Shown: in pieces, positions 35,676-47,422 of the stretch
Layout: each line of letters opens with the position of its first letter
Position numbering within the stretch: position 1 is the stretch's first letter
NCBI GenBank assembly: GCA_051362555.1
Contig: CM120646.1
Coordinates: 12,400,001-12,464,000, forward strand
Origin: Lingula anatina
Taxonomy: Eukaryota; Animalia; Brachiopoda
Length of the DNA: 64,000 nt
Direction of reading: 5' to 3'
Made by a program: the position numbers and the translations under genes
The notes under the pieces: generated by a model
What the model saw: the letters and a program-made list of their open reading frames with translations, nothing else
Told to the model about the DNA's origin: nothing
Database searches by the model: none

Positions 35676-38600
35676 GGGGGTGATAAGGATTTGTCGGTGT
35701 TTTGTTTTGTTTTGTATCATTCAGCATATCTCAGCATCTTTGAGTCTATTTGGCTTAATTGCAATAGACCACAATTTGCATTGCCCCATCCAATAAAAAG
35801 TATGAAAGCTGTAGTTGGCGGTTCACTGGGCTTTGAACAACAAACGCAATCGCTAAACCGACTTTCGAAAAATTATGTAATTGATGAAAAAAAGTTCATA
35901 AGAAATATATCTTAACTTTTGAAAGTCATCTTAAATATACATGTATGTAGATGTTCCTATTGTTCTGATATTATTTTATAACTTACAAGAATAAATCTTG
36001 TGAATAGTTCAACTAATTTGAACATACATACTATACCAGGTACCACAGTACTGTAGTATCTTGCGTCATCTAAGGCAAAAAGCTAACACTCAGTGTAGCA
36101 AGACAAGCATTGAAGCGTTCAGATGTCCAGATTTACTGATTATACATGTTCAATTCTAAGATTACATGAGCATGCATTAGCTGACCCAAGCTGACCCAAG
36201 GGCACACTTGTAGTGGTAGAATATTACAGACAGGTCTTATTTTTTATCAGCATGGCTAAGAAGTGCTGTAAATGTCCGCGTAACACAATATTCAGATTTT
36301 CTCACTTTTTATGGGGGAAAAATGGGCCTTTCTAAAGCTTTAAAAATTCGAAGTGGATCAATGTTGCAGATCACATTGATCAGATAGCGACTTAGAGCTG
36401 ACCTTCCCCCCCCCCCCCCCCCCAGCACCCGCCTGCGGGCCTGCCACATCTTCTTTGATGCTGAATGATATAATACACTGCTTAATCAAGTTACTAGTCT
36501 GCTGACTGATAGAGATAAGAGAGAAAGATATAAGTTTTCTTCCACGTGTGAAAATATCTTTCAACACCAGTCACAACTTAATGTGATTTTAAGTCGATGA
36601 TAAAAATGAAAGCCGGTTTTTTCATCATCTGATCATGCAACCCATACTGTGATAGAGATTGCGGCAAACAATCGCTACATCAAGGTTGAGATAAAAGCCG
36701 AAAGAGGCAGTTGTAGTTTACTTATTCTGATTGCGAATTTTTCCTTTCATCGCTTCATACATCAAGATGGCTGATATCAGAGTAGATACGGTGGTCCTTC
36801 CTCTTATGTCGACTCTGAGAACAAAAGACCGAGACGAGTTGTAATTAAAGGAGGTAAATGGCGTCTTTAGTGACATAAGCCAGGTACACATGTACAGTGG
36901 AAGTTACTAGATTTTTTTGCAGAAGAGGACACGTTTGCTTTAAAAAGTCGTGGAGCACATTTAGAAATGATCTTAGTTTGAAAAAATAAAAAATAAAAAA
37001 AAAAAATAACACGTATATCTAAGAATCTGTGTGGTGAGTATCGTTGACGAGTTCCGGATCATAATACTAGTATATAGAATAGAAATCGCCATTGTCCACA
37101 CGAATTCCGAGAGTATACGTGAATAGAGTTCAATACAGGTACATGCTGTACATGGTGTAAATTACAAGCACGACCCCTGATTTAAAAATCTTACAGTTGA
37201 CAAATAAGTGAACAAATAAATCAGTGAATTAAAAGAAAATTTAAAAGCAAAAACAATGAAACAAGGGAAAAATGAAAAAAAGGTTTTAGAAGCATCAAAC
37301 TAGTGAACGCCACGTACTGTAGGTCGGTCTGGTCACGAACCAATAGGGAAATTACCACTTCTACTGATAAGAAACAAAACTAATTAATTATTCAGGGTTA
37401 TGCACTGCCAATAGGAGAAAGCCTCGTGTAATCTTGCCCATGCACTTTAAGACCACGTCACCCATTAAGGCCACTTATTTGGGGGAGGAATATAATGTTG
37501 TGGTGATATTTTTATTTCCGCAACAAATGATTTGATCAGTTTTAAGATTAAAAGTCATACGGTAATTACACCATTAATGTCTCTATCTTCGCGTCCCTGT
37601 GTAAATGTGCGTTATCAGTTTTCGGCGTGGTTTTACAGCCTAGACGGAAAATGAGGTAAATTATATAGTTCTCAGACTACTGAGTACAATTAAGTTGATA
37701 TAAAAGTTTGTCTTACATATTCATGATTTAGTCACAAAAACGTTAAGCACTCAAGTAAGCGAGTCAGTTGATTATTTCCACAGAGTCGAGAGCAGCAACG
37801 AATTCTGTACAATTGCAAGGTAAGGATGTTTTCGTCTTTTTATAAAATATATTAATCGGCGTTTTTCACATTTTCAAGTGATATGCACAGGCTTTGGTTC
37901 CATCTTATGAGGGACCCCGTTAATGTCGTTTCCTCTCCAAACGCTGAATTATTGCTTTTCAAACTGTCATTATTTTTAGATGCACTGTGGAATTCAAAAT
38001 TGAAGCATTGTCCGTTTTTTATTTCAAACACCAGTTAACGTGAGCTTTTGTGAAATCTCCTAATATTATGGGACAAGCGCAATGATTGATAATACCATCA
38101 TAGGAAATGTGACTACACTCTACATAAAATATGCATGTATATAGATGTTCCTTTTATTCTGGAAATTATTTTCATATCACCGCCACAGTCGTCAAAAGAT
38201 CGCACTTTTTAACGCATCCATTAAAATACTTAAGCAATATGCGTCTTCCATGTAATAAACTCTCTAGGCATGCGTGCCTTAAGCAATTTGTCGTCTCACC
38301 CTTAATTCATTTTTAACGGTCACCTATCATTTTTTGCCTCATGGTCAGTGCTCGACATTCCGATCTCTGAACATAGAAATTAATCAAGTCGCCATCTTTG
38401 ATACTGATTTAAATTATTTTAACATTAAAATTAAAATTACAACGGAGTCTACAATATTTTCTGTTGAAGTTATTTCCGCGAGCAGCATTCCTTGGTCCAC
38501 TGTTTATTAACTGTGGGTAACAAAAAGTAAGTCACCAGACTCTTAAATTTACATTTTTTTTCGTCATTTTAATTCGTACTAGAATAGCGCCCACCATTAA

Positions 38601-39830
38601 TGTAGCTTAAATTTTTTTATTATGAACAAACTGATGGAGGCGAAGGCCTACAAAGTAGACAGTCTGTACCTCAAATCTTTTTTTTTTTTTTTGCTGTAGG
38701 GCCTACACATTTAACAAACTGTTATAGGGCCTACGCTTTAAAGTTTTGAAGCTGAATTTGCCTCAGAATCCTTATAAGAAATTTTAGGCACCACACTTAA
38801 TTTTGATTAAGTTTAAGGTGTCCCAACAGATTCCATTTTGGTCATGTCAGTCGAATCGCCCGTACAATGGCGGATTTAGGGGGTGTCAGGGTGGTCTTGC
38901 TTCCCCCATGCGATTTCTGAAAAGAATCACGCCGAGAGGTCACCTCTTGAAATTAAGAATTTTGACTAGCTGAATCACAGGCCCTATATAGTTCTATTTA
39001 AAGCGCAAGGTAGGCCTAGGCCCTATAGGCTTATTGGCTATTAGGCCTAATCCGGAGAAACAAACCATCTAAAAATAGGCCCTATACGATTAAAATATAC
39101 ACATTAAAAATGATAACGGTAGACCTAAAGCAGAGGAAAGAAAAACGAAAAAAAAAGAAAAAAAAAAAAAAAACGTCAGGAGGAATTAGGCTATGTGGTT
39201 AATTTTTTTTAACCCCCCCCTCTCAAGATCATGAGTCTTCGAGTGTTAACGGAAGCACGCATAAATTAACTAGGAATAATTAACCCGTAGAAAGATGTTA
39301 ATCAATCTTATCATGCCCGTGATGCCTATCGGTGGTCGTCAAATAGCCTAAGCACGACTCTCTTCTATCCACGTAGGCTTATAGTAGAAATTTGAAGGTC
39401 ATCACTATCAGTAGGCCTACAAATTAAGACGCCCCAGTCCCACACAAAAGAACAAGCATGGACCAGTTATGAAGAATAAATACTTGGTATATGTAATTTT
39501 AATTTATTTAAATCAAGGAATTACAACAGCTGTAACTCCTTGTTTAAATTAAACCAAATTAGGACGTCGAAGGCGTTCTTAGTTAAACTGGGTTAATGGG
39601 CCCCCAGGAATATTTCAAATTATTTTTAAGCGTAAAAATGGAGAGCATGAACAAGCGTAGAATAAGGTGCAATAACAGATTTTGTCATTCTGTGTATTAT
39701 AATCCATTAAAAATTTATTTTGTGCAGGTAGGTCTTTATATCCATCATTTAATCAAAAAAGGCGCCAACTTTACATTGTTGCCCTAATTTTTTGAATAGG
39801 GCAAATTTCTGCACTTAAAGAGACTAACAA

Positions 39831-39903
39831 GCCCGGTTAGCTCAGTCGGTAGAGCATGGGACTCTTAATCCCAGGGTCGTGGGTTCGAGCCCCACATTGG
39901 GCG
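39831..39903 (+). tRNA. trnK-CTT: tRNA-Lys (anticodon CTT)
   Basis: 73-nt GCCCGGTTAGCTCAGTCGGTAGAGCATGGGACTCTTAATCCCAGGGTCGTGGGTTCGAGCCCCACATTGGGCG. Intact cloverleaf with A and B boxes, anticodon stem TGGGA/TCCCA, and T-runs just downstream as a Pol III terminator. Confidence 0.97.
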
Positions 39904-40063
39904 ATTACATATTTTCATTTTTCGTTTTAAAATATCATTCTTTCGATCCCATATCATTCTTTTAAACCTCATTGTCAAATGATACATTTACAATTGAGCC
40001 ATAATCTTTTAGATATGATTTATTAGACACATATTAATAATAAAGAAATTACAGAGAAAGTTA

Positions 40064-40207
40064 TGACGTCACCTAGCGGGAAGAAAAGATGGCGACTGGA
40101 GCATTCGTGAAACTCAAACTTAAACACACATTGTCCAATATTCCTTTCTTTTGGGTTTTGTGCGGTTGTTAAAGTGCTCATCACCATTTAGACTCGATGT
40201 CTGATAT
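40064..40207 (+). promoter_or_regulatory. Probable promoter and first exon of the KGEL-protein gene (CRE, YY1-like AAGATGGCG, uORF)
   Basis: TGACGTCA at 40064-40071, AAGATGGCG at 40086-40094, a 27-codon ORF at 40089-40172 and a candidate donor gtgaga at 40208. Confidence 0.45.
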
Positions 40208-40775
40208 GTGAGATTATAAAAAACAGATCTCTGGCATGAGCAATTAATTACTGAAGGGCCACGCAGTATATCTACCTAGCTAAACCACAACATATCGAAC
40301 TAGGTCGTGCAAAGTCGTTTTGATTTTGATCCTTTTTACAGAAACTTTGCCTTTAACTATCAAATCCTGCCCCTTAGCATAATGAAAATTAAAACCAGTT
40401 GGCTTTAGATTTTGCAAAAAATCGGATGATCCGAGAGGCCCCTAGAGAAAACTTTCAAACTGTAGGCTATAATATAAATGTAGGCCTACATATCAATCTC
40501 CTATGGGAAGATAGGCTATTGTCATCATTATCACTTGTCTCATTCTTATGATTTAAATGCTTCTTTCACTTTCAGCATCTTCATCATACTTGTAGGCGTA
40601 CTCTAGCATATCCTTTTGAAAAGACATCTGTTATTGTTTGGGGTTTGAGCTGATGCACTGATACACATTTTCATACCTTTATTCTCACTCTAAAATTTCC
40701 TGATGTCTTGAAACCTCCAAGTGTGTGAACTGTGTCTCCTGATTGGTCTATGTGTGCAATCTTCACAGGATTCTA

Positions 40776-40806
<31 letters not shown>

Positions 40807-40810
40807 ATGA

Positions 40811-41056
40811 CAGGGGCAGAACCAAGATTATTGGAAGGGGGGGGGGGGTTATGGATACCAAGTCGCCCCTCCCCCCCCCCCTTGGTGTGGGGGTCTGAAA
40901 AATTTTGTTATTTTAAAGGGCTAACAGTGGTGTTTGGTATGGATTAGAGCTATGATAATCTAAATTATAATTTGTAGAGGGGACCTTCGGTGTGATTTTT
41001 TTCCCAGAAATCGAAGGGGGGTCAGGACCCCCTGACCCCCCCTACGTCCACCATTG
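40811..41056 (+). mobile_element. MITE family A copy
   Basis: CAGGGGCAGA...TCCACCATTG with the family core; flanks tatga / tatgg. Confidence 0.7.
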
Positions 41057-41121
41057 TATGGCAACTTTATAGAAATGTGCAATAATATTTAATTCTATTT
41101 ATTTAGGAAATCATCGGAACC

Positions 41122-43170
41122 ATGAAATTCTCATATGCCTGGGCCACTGTGTGGTGAGTATAGTTAAAACAAGAAAATGCATGCAAATTGCAGTCATGCA
41201 TGTGCTCTCTCATTTCAACAATACTTCACAGTTATTTTTAGTTCACAAGTTCATATACATGTATTTTAACCTCTCATACACAAATGCATAACATTCTTCA
41301 GCTTTGCTTTCTGTTTCGAAGGCCAATAACATTTTTCATGAGGGAATTAAATGCCTATCAAACTAATGCTTTATATGGTCATACTGCTATTTTACTTTTC
41401 CTTTATATTTCAGGAGCATTGTTGCCCTTATTTATCTTAGGTATGCACCCATGATTTCTAACTTAGGACAAGTGTTTTGACATTACTTAGTAGATTAATT
41501 AATTGCTGATAGGTCCCTTAATTAGTTTATTCTACCTGGCAGTCATGAATGGTGTATTTTCTTTTGCATAATTTTTATTGTTTCCTTTTTTTCATCTGTA
41601 AATCAATATTTCAAATTCTTAGGTAGTTTGTGAAAAAAAAGGAAGAAAACAACAACTTAATAACAAATAATGCCATATAATTAAAGACCAAATATTAGCA
41701 AATTGCTTTTTTGCCCTCAGTGTTGTTAGTAACACCAAGCAGTTGTTATGTTTCTAGAGACTCACTACAATCTGTGTGATCTCTACCTTTATTCTGTACA
41801 ATCCAGGTATTGGTGTCACTGGTCCACTTCTATCTGCTGACTATATGTTCTACTCTATACTACTTCTGACTACTTCATGTGAAGACACAAGACTCTAATG
41901 ACAGTATATTGCAAATTATTCTCCTTATATACTAATACACAAGGACAATTACATTACAGTGATTCCTTAAGCAAGTCAGAGATATTGAAGCCAATTAACA
42001 GAATTAAGACATATTGCAGGAGACCTTTAACACAATTAGACCAAGGCTGATTTAAACTTTAACTAGAAGATGAAGCCATAAACGAAGTTATTCAGTCCTG
42101 AAAACATCCTGCAGAACTTAAAGTAGTTTTAACTTGGACATCTAAATACATTCACTATACACTGACATCTGACTTGATTTCTATAGAAGTTTAATGTAAT
42201 TTACTTAAATATTCACTTAATATAATTTTAAGACATCTAAATATAATTTAATTACATATAACTTGAACTAAAATAGGGATTTTCTGAAATTAAATTTGGC
42301 CATGAAATCACCTCTATGATATTAGACATAGGATATTGTACAGAATATTTTTAGTTAGTGCTCACTGATAGTTAAATCATATATACTATTCCTCATTTGA
42401 ACTTTAAATTAGCACCATATGATAATTCAGCTAGTGTCATAGAAATGACCACCACACAACAAATAAAGCCATGCTCAAAAATATAGGTTATGGTTTCTTC
42501 TTCAAGAGGAATCTTCAGAACATGTTATTGCTTTTTTTTTTAAATCCAGTTTTATAAAAGTAGAATGTTATGCATATGAGTACAACATGTAGTATAATAT
42601 GCATGACATATTTAGCTGATACATGTAATACACATGATATCCCTCATATTTAAGACATATTTTTTCTATTGCTTTTTCTTCAAACTAATACAACGTAACA
42701 CCACAGTTTGACCTAAGGTGAATTAGGGGCTAGCTAAATTGTTTATGCCTTATTTTTATACTAAATCTACAAGTACATGTACATGTATGTAGCCCAACTG
42801 TAGGTGCTGGTAGCCAAGCAACTAGGTTGCTAAGCAACAGGCCATTTTAAAGTATGTTCATGCAAAGTAAAACTTAGCACACAACTGGACTTGGTCATTT
42901 GATATCATCAGGTTGGTAAACAGTAGGTACATTTATATTTAGGCCCGAGTTAGTCCTGTGATAGAATAATCTCTATGGTGTATATATAATTGCATGTTAA
43001 TAATTTTTCTCTCAGGTAAATTTTTGGTGTACACAGGGATATGCGGGCAGGGGTGGGGTCTTATCTGCATGGTGATATTTTAAGGAAAGATAATACGTCA
43101 TAAAACATTTGCTCTCAGCACTCTCAGTTCTCTTTCTGTTTCTTTGTAATTTTGCATGAACAAAATGTGT

Positions 43171-43210
<40 letters not shown>

Positions 43211-45600
43211 GAGAGAGAGAGAGAATGAGAGAGAGAGAGAGACAGAGAGCCAGAAAGACAGAGAATAAATCAAGCATGTAAGCACACATGTGTATGTGTG
43301 AGATATAGAGAGTAAGAAATAGTGCATGTGTGTGTGTACGTCTGTATGTGATCACCTATCCATGCCTACCAGGCCATTCTCCTTGCAACAACATTGTTAC
43401 AGTCAATACTTCATTTAATCTTAGAAAGATATTTTATTTTGAATTGTGGGAAATAATAAAAATAATAATTATAACAACTGAATTAAAAAGATAATATTAA
43501 TTATTTAAATAATTTTTCCCTTTTCACATTAGTTATCAGCAAGCAGTCAAGTATTGTACTTCCACTGTACTAAGTACATATGTCTACTGTTTGTTCTTAC
43601 AGGTTGAGTATGGTTTTGGTCTCCAAGGATGCACAAAGAAGCTATGCCAGCTTGCCACCTTTCGGAAATTTTGGGAATCCTGAAGGTCTGAAAATCCCTG
43701 GAGTGACTGAAGGTTAGTTTATGAAAGGAAAAAATGTGCTCGCACTAGTAATGCTTAGATGAAAGAAAATAGATTTGTGCTATTGTTATTCTTTCTGGGT
43801 CTTTACTTATTTGATGATATAGTAAACTGGCTCAAACAAAAATTATGTTTTCATGATGCCACTTTACCAAATACCTAAAATTTTCCAGGGCAACAGAAGT
43901 TACTGTTGTGACAGTTTTATTTTATTTATCCAAAAATCTTACATTTTAATCAAAGAGAAATACAGTCATCCTACTTTTTATCTTATAAATAGTATCCAGA
44001 ATTTTCAATTATTTTTTTATAAACATCCAAGTCAATATCATCATGAGTTTTATGATATGATGCATTTTACTGATAATGGTGTACAGTAAACTGCAATTTT
44101 CTCACCACCTTTAGAAATTTGCAGCTGCTAAGTTCAATTATTGAATAAGGTCTAATATGAATTGTCATATCTTTAAGAATGGAATTCTTTTTTTTTTTTT
44201 ACCCCACAGGATGTCGTGCCTATGTCACAAAGAAAGCACAGACTTGTATCATGGGTTTGGTGACAGAACTTTCTGGAATAACAGCAGAGAAGGGCTCATG
44301 TGAATGGTAAGGATTTTTTTTACTGCAGTTTGTTTGTTTTGGTGTTGCTACTAACAATCATTGCTTCAAACAACAAAACTACATGCACAAAATGACTAAC
44401 AAATTCTGTAGGGACATTTACTTATGCAGAAATTTGTGACTTACAGCCACTGACACAACCAATGTTTCAAATTATTAATAATAAACCCACAATCCTACAT
44501 CTTGTTTTGGACCCTAGACATAACAAACTATACTGGTGTTGTAGTAGCATACAGGTACCTGTTTTATACTGAGTAGCACAAATATCTGTCCTGTCAAAGT
44601 ACAAGTTAGACTCAATGCTGAAAGTACTGAAGGCATTTTTATAACAAGCATCAGTACAGTACATGTACACCTTAAGCAGGGGCGGATCCGGGGTTATTTG
44701 AAGGGTTGGGGGGGGGGGGGGTCTGGAATGACAGGCCTCAGATGTGAAGCCAATTATTGCCCCCTTTGTGGTTTTTTGGAGAGCAAACAGTGCCCTTTGG
44801 TACAGTTAAGAACTATGATTTAGCTAGTCAAAATGATAATTTCAAGAGGGGAATATTGGTGTGATATATTTTTCAGAAACCAAAGGGGGGAGGGGGGTCT
44901 AAATCCACCAGAGATCTGAAGTACTCATTGCTGTAATTTCATAAATGTTACAAGTTTTTTTGTGTACATTATACTCAGTTCAGCTCTACATCCAGATGGA
45001 AAATACAGTATCCCATTGTGCAACTTACTTAAATGCCAGTACATGCACTTATTTTCACAGTGGCAGTGTATAATTAACACGTAAAAAAGTAAGATAAAAT
45101 TAATTTATATATTATACCTTTCTTTTCAGGATTGTTGATGTTTTTGGCAAAATTGGCTCTTGTTTTGAAAAAGTTGTTGTCAGTGGAAATTCCCAGGAGT
45201 GCAGCAAGGAAGAAAGTGAGAAGTTCTTTCTGTGGTATTATGAAAACATCAACATGGTTCTTGAGTAAGTTTACTGACTTATCTCTCTCTCTCTCTCTCT
45301 CTCTCTTATTTAAAGACCAATGCAAAGATTCATGACAGTGATGTTTTGAAAAGAAAATTAGCTGAAGTTATATCCTGTGTAAATATAAAGTAAGTGAATA
45401 GAAATGATATGATATTCATGGTTGGTGAATTTTGATTGATTTTGATTAAATGAAAACCCGAAAAGGTAACTGAGAATATTATTAAAGGGTGTAACTCTGA
45501 CATTAATTCCTTCTTTTTACCTTCAAGGAAACAAAAGTGTGGTAAATCCATGTATCTCCAAGCTCCAGAATCCAAGCCTGACACAAAGGGGGAGTTATAA
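41122..45600 (+). CDS. Uncharacterised 157-aa six-Cys protein with signal peptide and C-terminal KGEL (predicted ER-luminal); not in ORF track
   Basis: Exons 41122-41153, 41414-41440, 43603-43712, 44210-44306, 45130-45264 and 45528-45600 are all GT-AG with compatible phases (2,2,1,2,2). The 474 nt encode MKFSYAWATVWSIVALIYLRLSMVLVSKDAQRSYASLPPFGNFGNPEGLKIPGVTEGCRAYVTKKAQTCIMGLVTELSGITAEKGSCEWIVDVFGKIGSCFEKVVVSGNSQECSKEESEKFFLWYYENINMVLEKQKCGKSMYLQAPESKPDTKGEL*. Confidence 0.8.
44677..44911 (+). mobile_element. MITE family A copy (intronic)
   Basis: Starts CAGGGGCGGATCC and contains the core 'ggtacagttaagaactatgatttagctagtcaaaatgataatttcaagagggga'. Confidence 0.7.
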
Positions 45601-45719
45601 CCCTCACCAAGATATGAGATTACAGCAGACAGATTTCTCCTAAATTATTTTATATATAAATGGCTGACTGACTTGCCATATATTTTCCCTTCCTTTTTGA
45701 TGTAACAAAACAATTTGGA

Positions 45720-45720
<1 letters not shown>

Positions 45721-45781
<61 letters not shown>
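45721..45781. repeat. (TA)n microsatellite in the probable 3' UTR
   Basis: About 30 uninterrupted TA units. Confidence 0.95.
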
Positions 45782-45783
<2 letters not shown>

Positions 45784-47045
45784 TTCAATCAGATGATGAT
45801 ATTTAACACAGTATATTACTCTGGTGCTACAATCATGAAAGAAAAGAAACAACTATAGTTATCAGAAAAAATAAAAGAAACGACTACCAATAGCAATGAA
45901 GGAAATTGATAGCATGATAGTATTTTGACAAAATGAAATAGTGCATTTTATGAGGCAATGGATTTGTATCAGAGGTCATGTAATATGATGAACAATTTCT
46001 ACCTCAATATTTCTTTATAAAACTAAATTATCTGTCAAACGTTATATTGATTAAGAGCTGCAATTAACATTAAGTGTAAATATAAGAAGAAGTCAGTGGA
46101 CACATTGTCTGATATGATTGGGGGGGGGGGGCAAACTTATAGAATGTAAAAAGATTTTTGCAATGCTCAAATGCTACAGGTGTATTTAGCATTTGATACA
46201 GAAAACGTGTAATTACTTCTGTAAATAATATGATATGCAAATCATGACTTATATATTTTATTGTGTCATATTTTAATTATTGTGTACTGGCTTAACCAGA
46301 TATGAATGATTTGCAGACAACAGATATTTGTTAGAAGATGCAGCCAAAGAAGTTTCAACATAACTGCGATGTACTAACAGTGTTGCATACACAAAGAAAT
46401 AAATTATTTGATTTGTAAGATTTAGATGTTTGTTTTTCTGTGTCACTTAAAATTTGAAAATAGGCAAAAGTCAAATTCTTGTTGTAAACCAATTAACAGG
46501 CCATTACTTCCTACAGATCAACAATAGGGAGAAACACATTCTGAAAGAAAATGCTTTCTTGTGGTTAAGTTGTCAACCGAAAAGTCCTTCGCAAAAACTG
46601 CATGGATAAATTTTTCAGACGAAAATCTGGAGCTTGATGTACTTCCACAATTAGCCGCAATTAGAACAACCGTGAGGTTTTTAGTCTGCTTTTTTTTTTA
46701 CTAGCCAGTGGTGATCTGTATCGCACCGGACCCCCCCCCCCCCCCCCCCCCCGAGTAATAATAGTAATTTATTCAACAATTGCACCTCATAGGTTGAACT
46801 TGTACAATGTTAACAGAAATTATTTGTAATTATTAGGCAGAATTAAATTAGACGAGAGCTTAAATATTAAAACTAAATTGATGCTTAAGAAGTCAAACTC
46901 AAAATTGCTGTTTTTCATTAATATTCCTGTTCATCACCAGTTGCACTTGAACCTACTGTAATTTGGCAGACGTTATACTATTTACCCGATCACATCACAC
47001 GCCCTTACAGTACCCATCAGTTGTATAATAATACCTATTTAGATC

Positions 47046-47219
47046 GGGGCCGTAGCAATAGTCCGAAGGTTCAATAGTCCGAAGGTTCATTGGTCCGAAT
47101 ATTCACTATAGAACCTTCGGACCAATGAACCCTTGATTAAAAAATCGATGAAAATCTTACCACTTTTCGGACCAATGAACCTTCGGACCAATGAACCTTC
47201 GGACTATCGAGACGCCCCC
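47046..47219. mobile_element. Foldback-type MITE with 17-bp tandem subrepeats in both arms
   Basis: Left arm (aatagtccgaaggttc)x2-3 and right arm (ttcggaccaatgaacc)x2-3 are inverted. Ends are cggggccgt / gacgccccc. Confidence 0.75.
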
Positions 47220-47422
47220 TTTAGATCTTACCTCAAGGGCAATGAGATGAAGATTTATGTGATCTCGGAAAATGGGCGTGTCCTTCAGGCGTCACGAAGA
47301 GTTCAGGCTCCCTTCAGCAGATTTAACACTACATACATTACCTTACCTGTCAAAATAAACGGATGGCGGATAGAGACCCTTGTGTATACGAATGCTCGAA
47401 AATATCTGTGAAAACCATCACG

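Noticed and set aside
35533-35915. ORFs with CVCVCV / HTHTHT runs (also near 43.1, 52.8, 54.9 and 59.7 kb)
   Set aside because: These are translations of (GT)n/(CA)n microsatellites.
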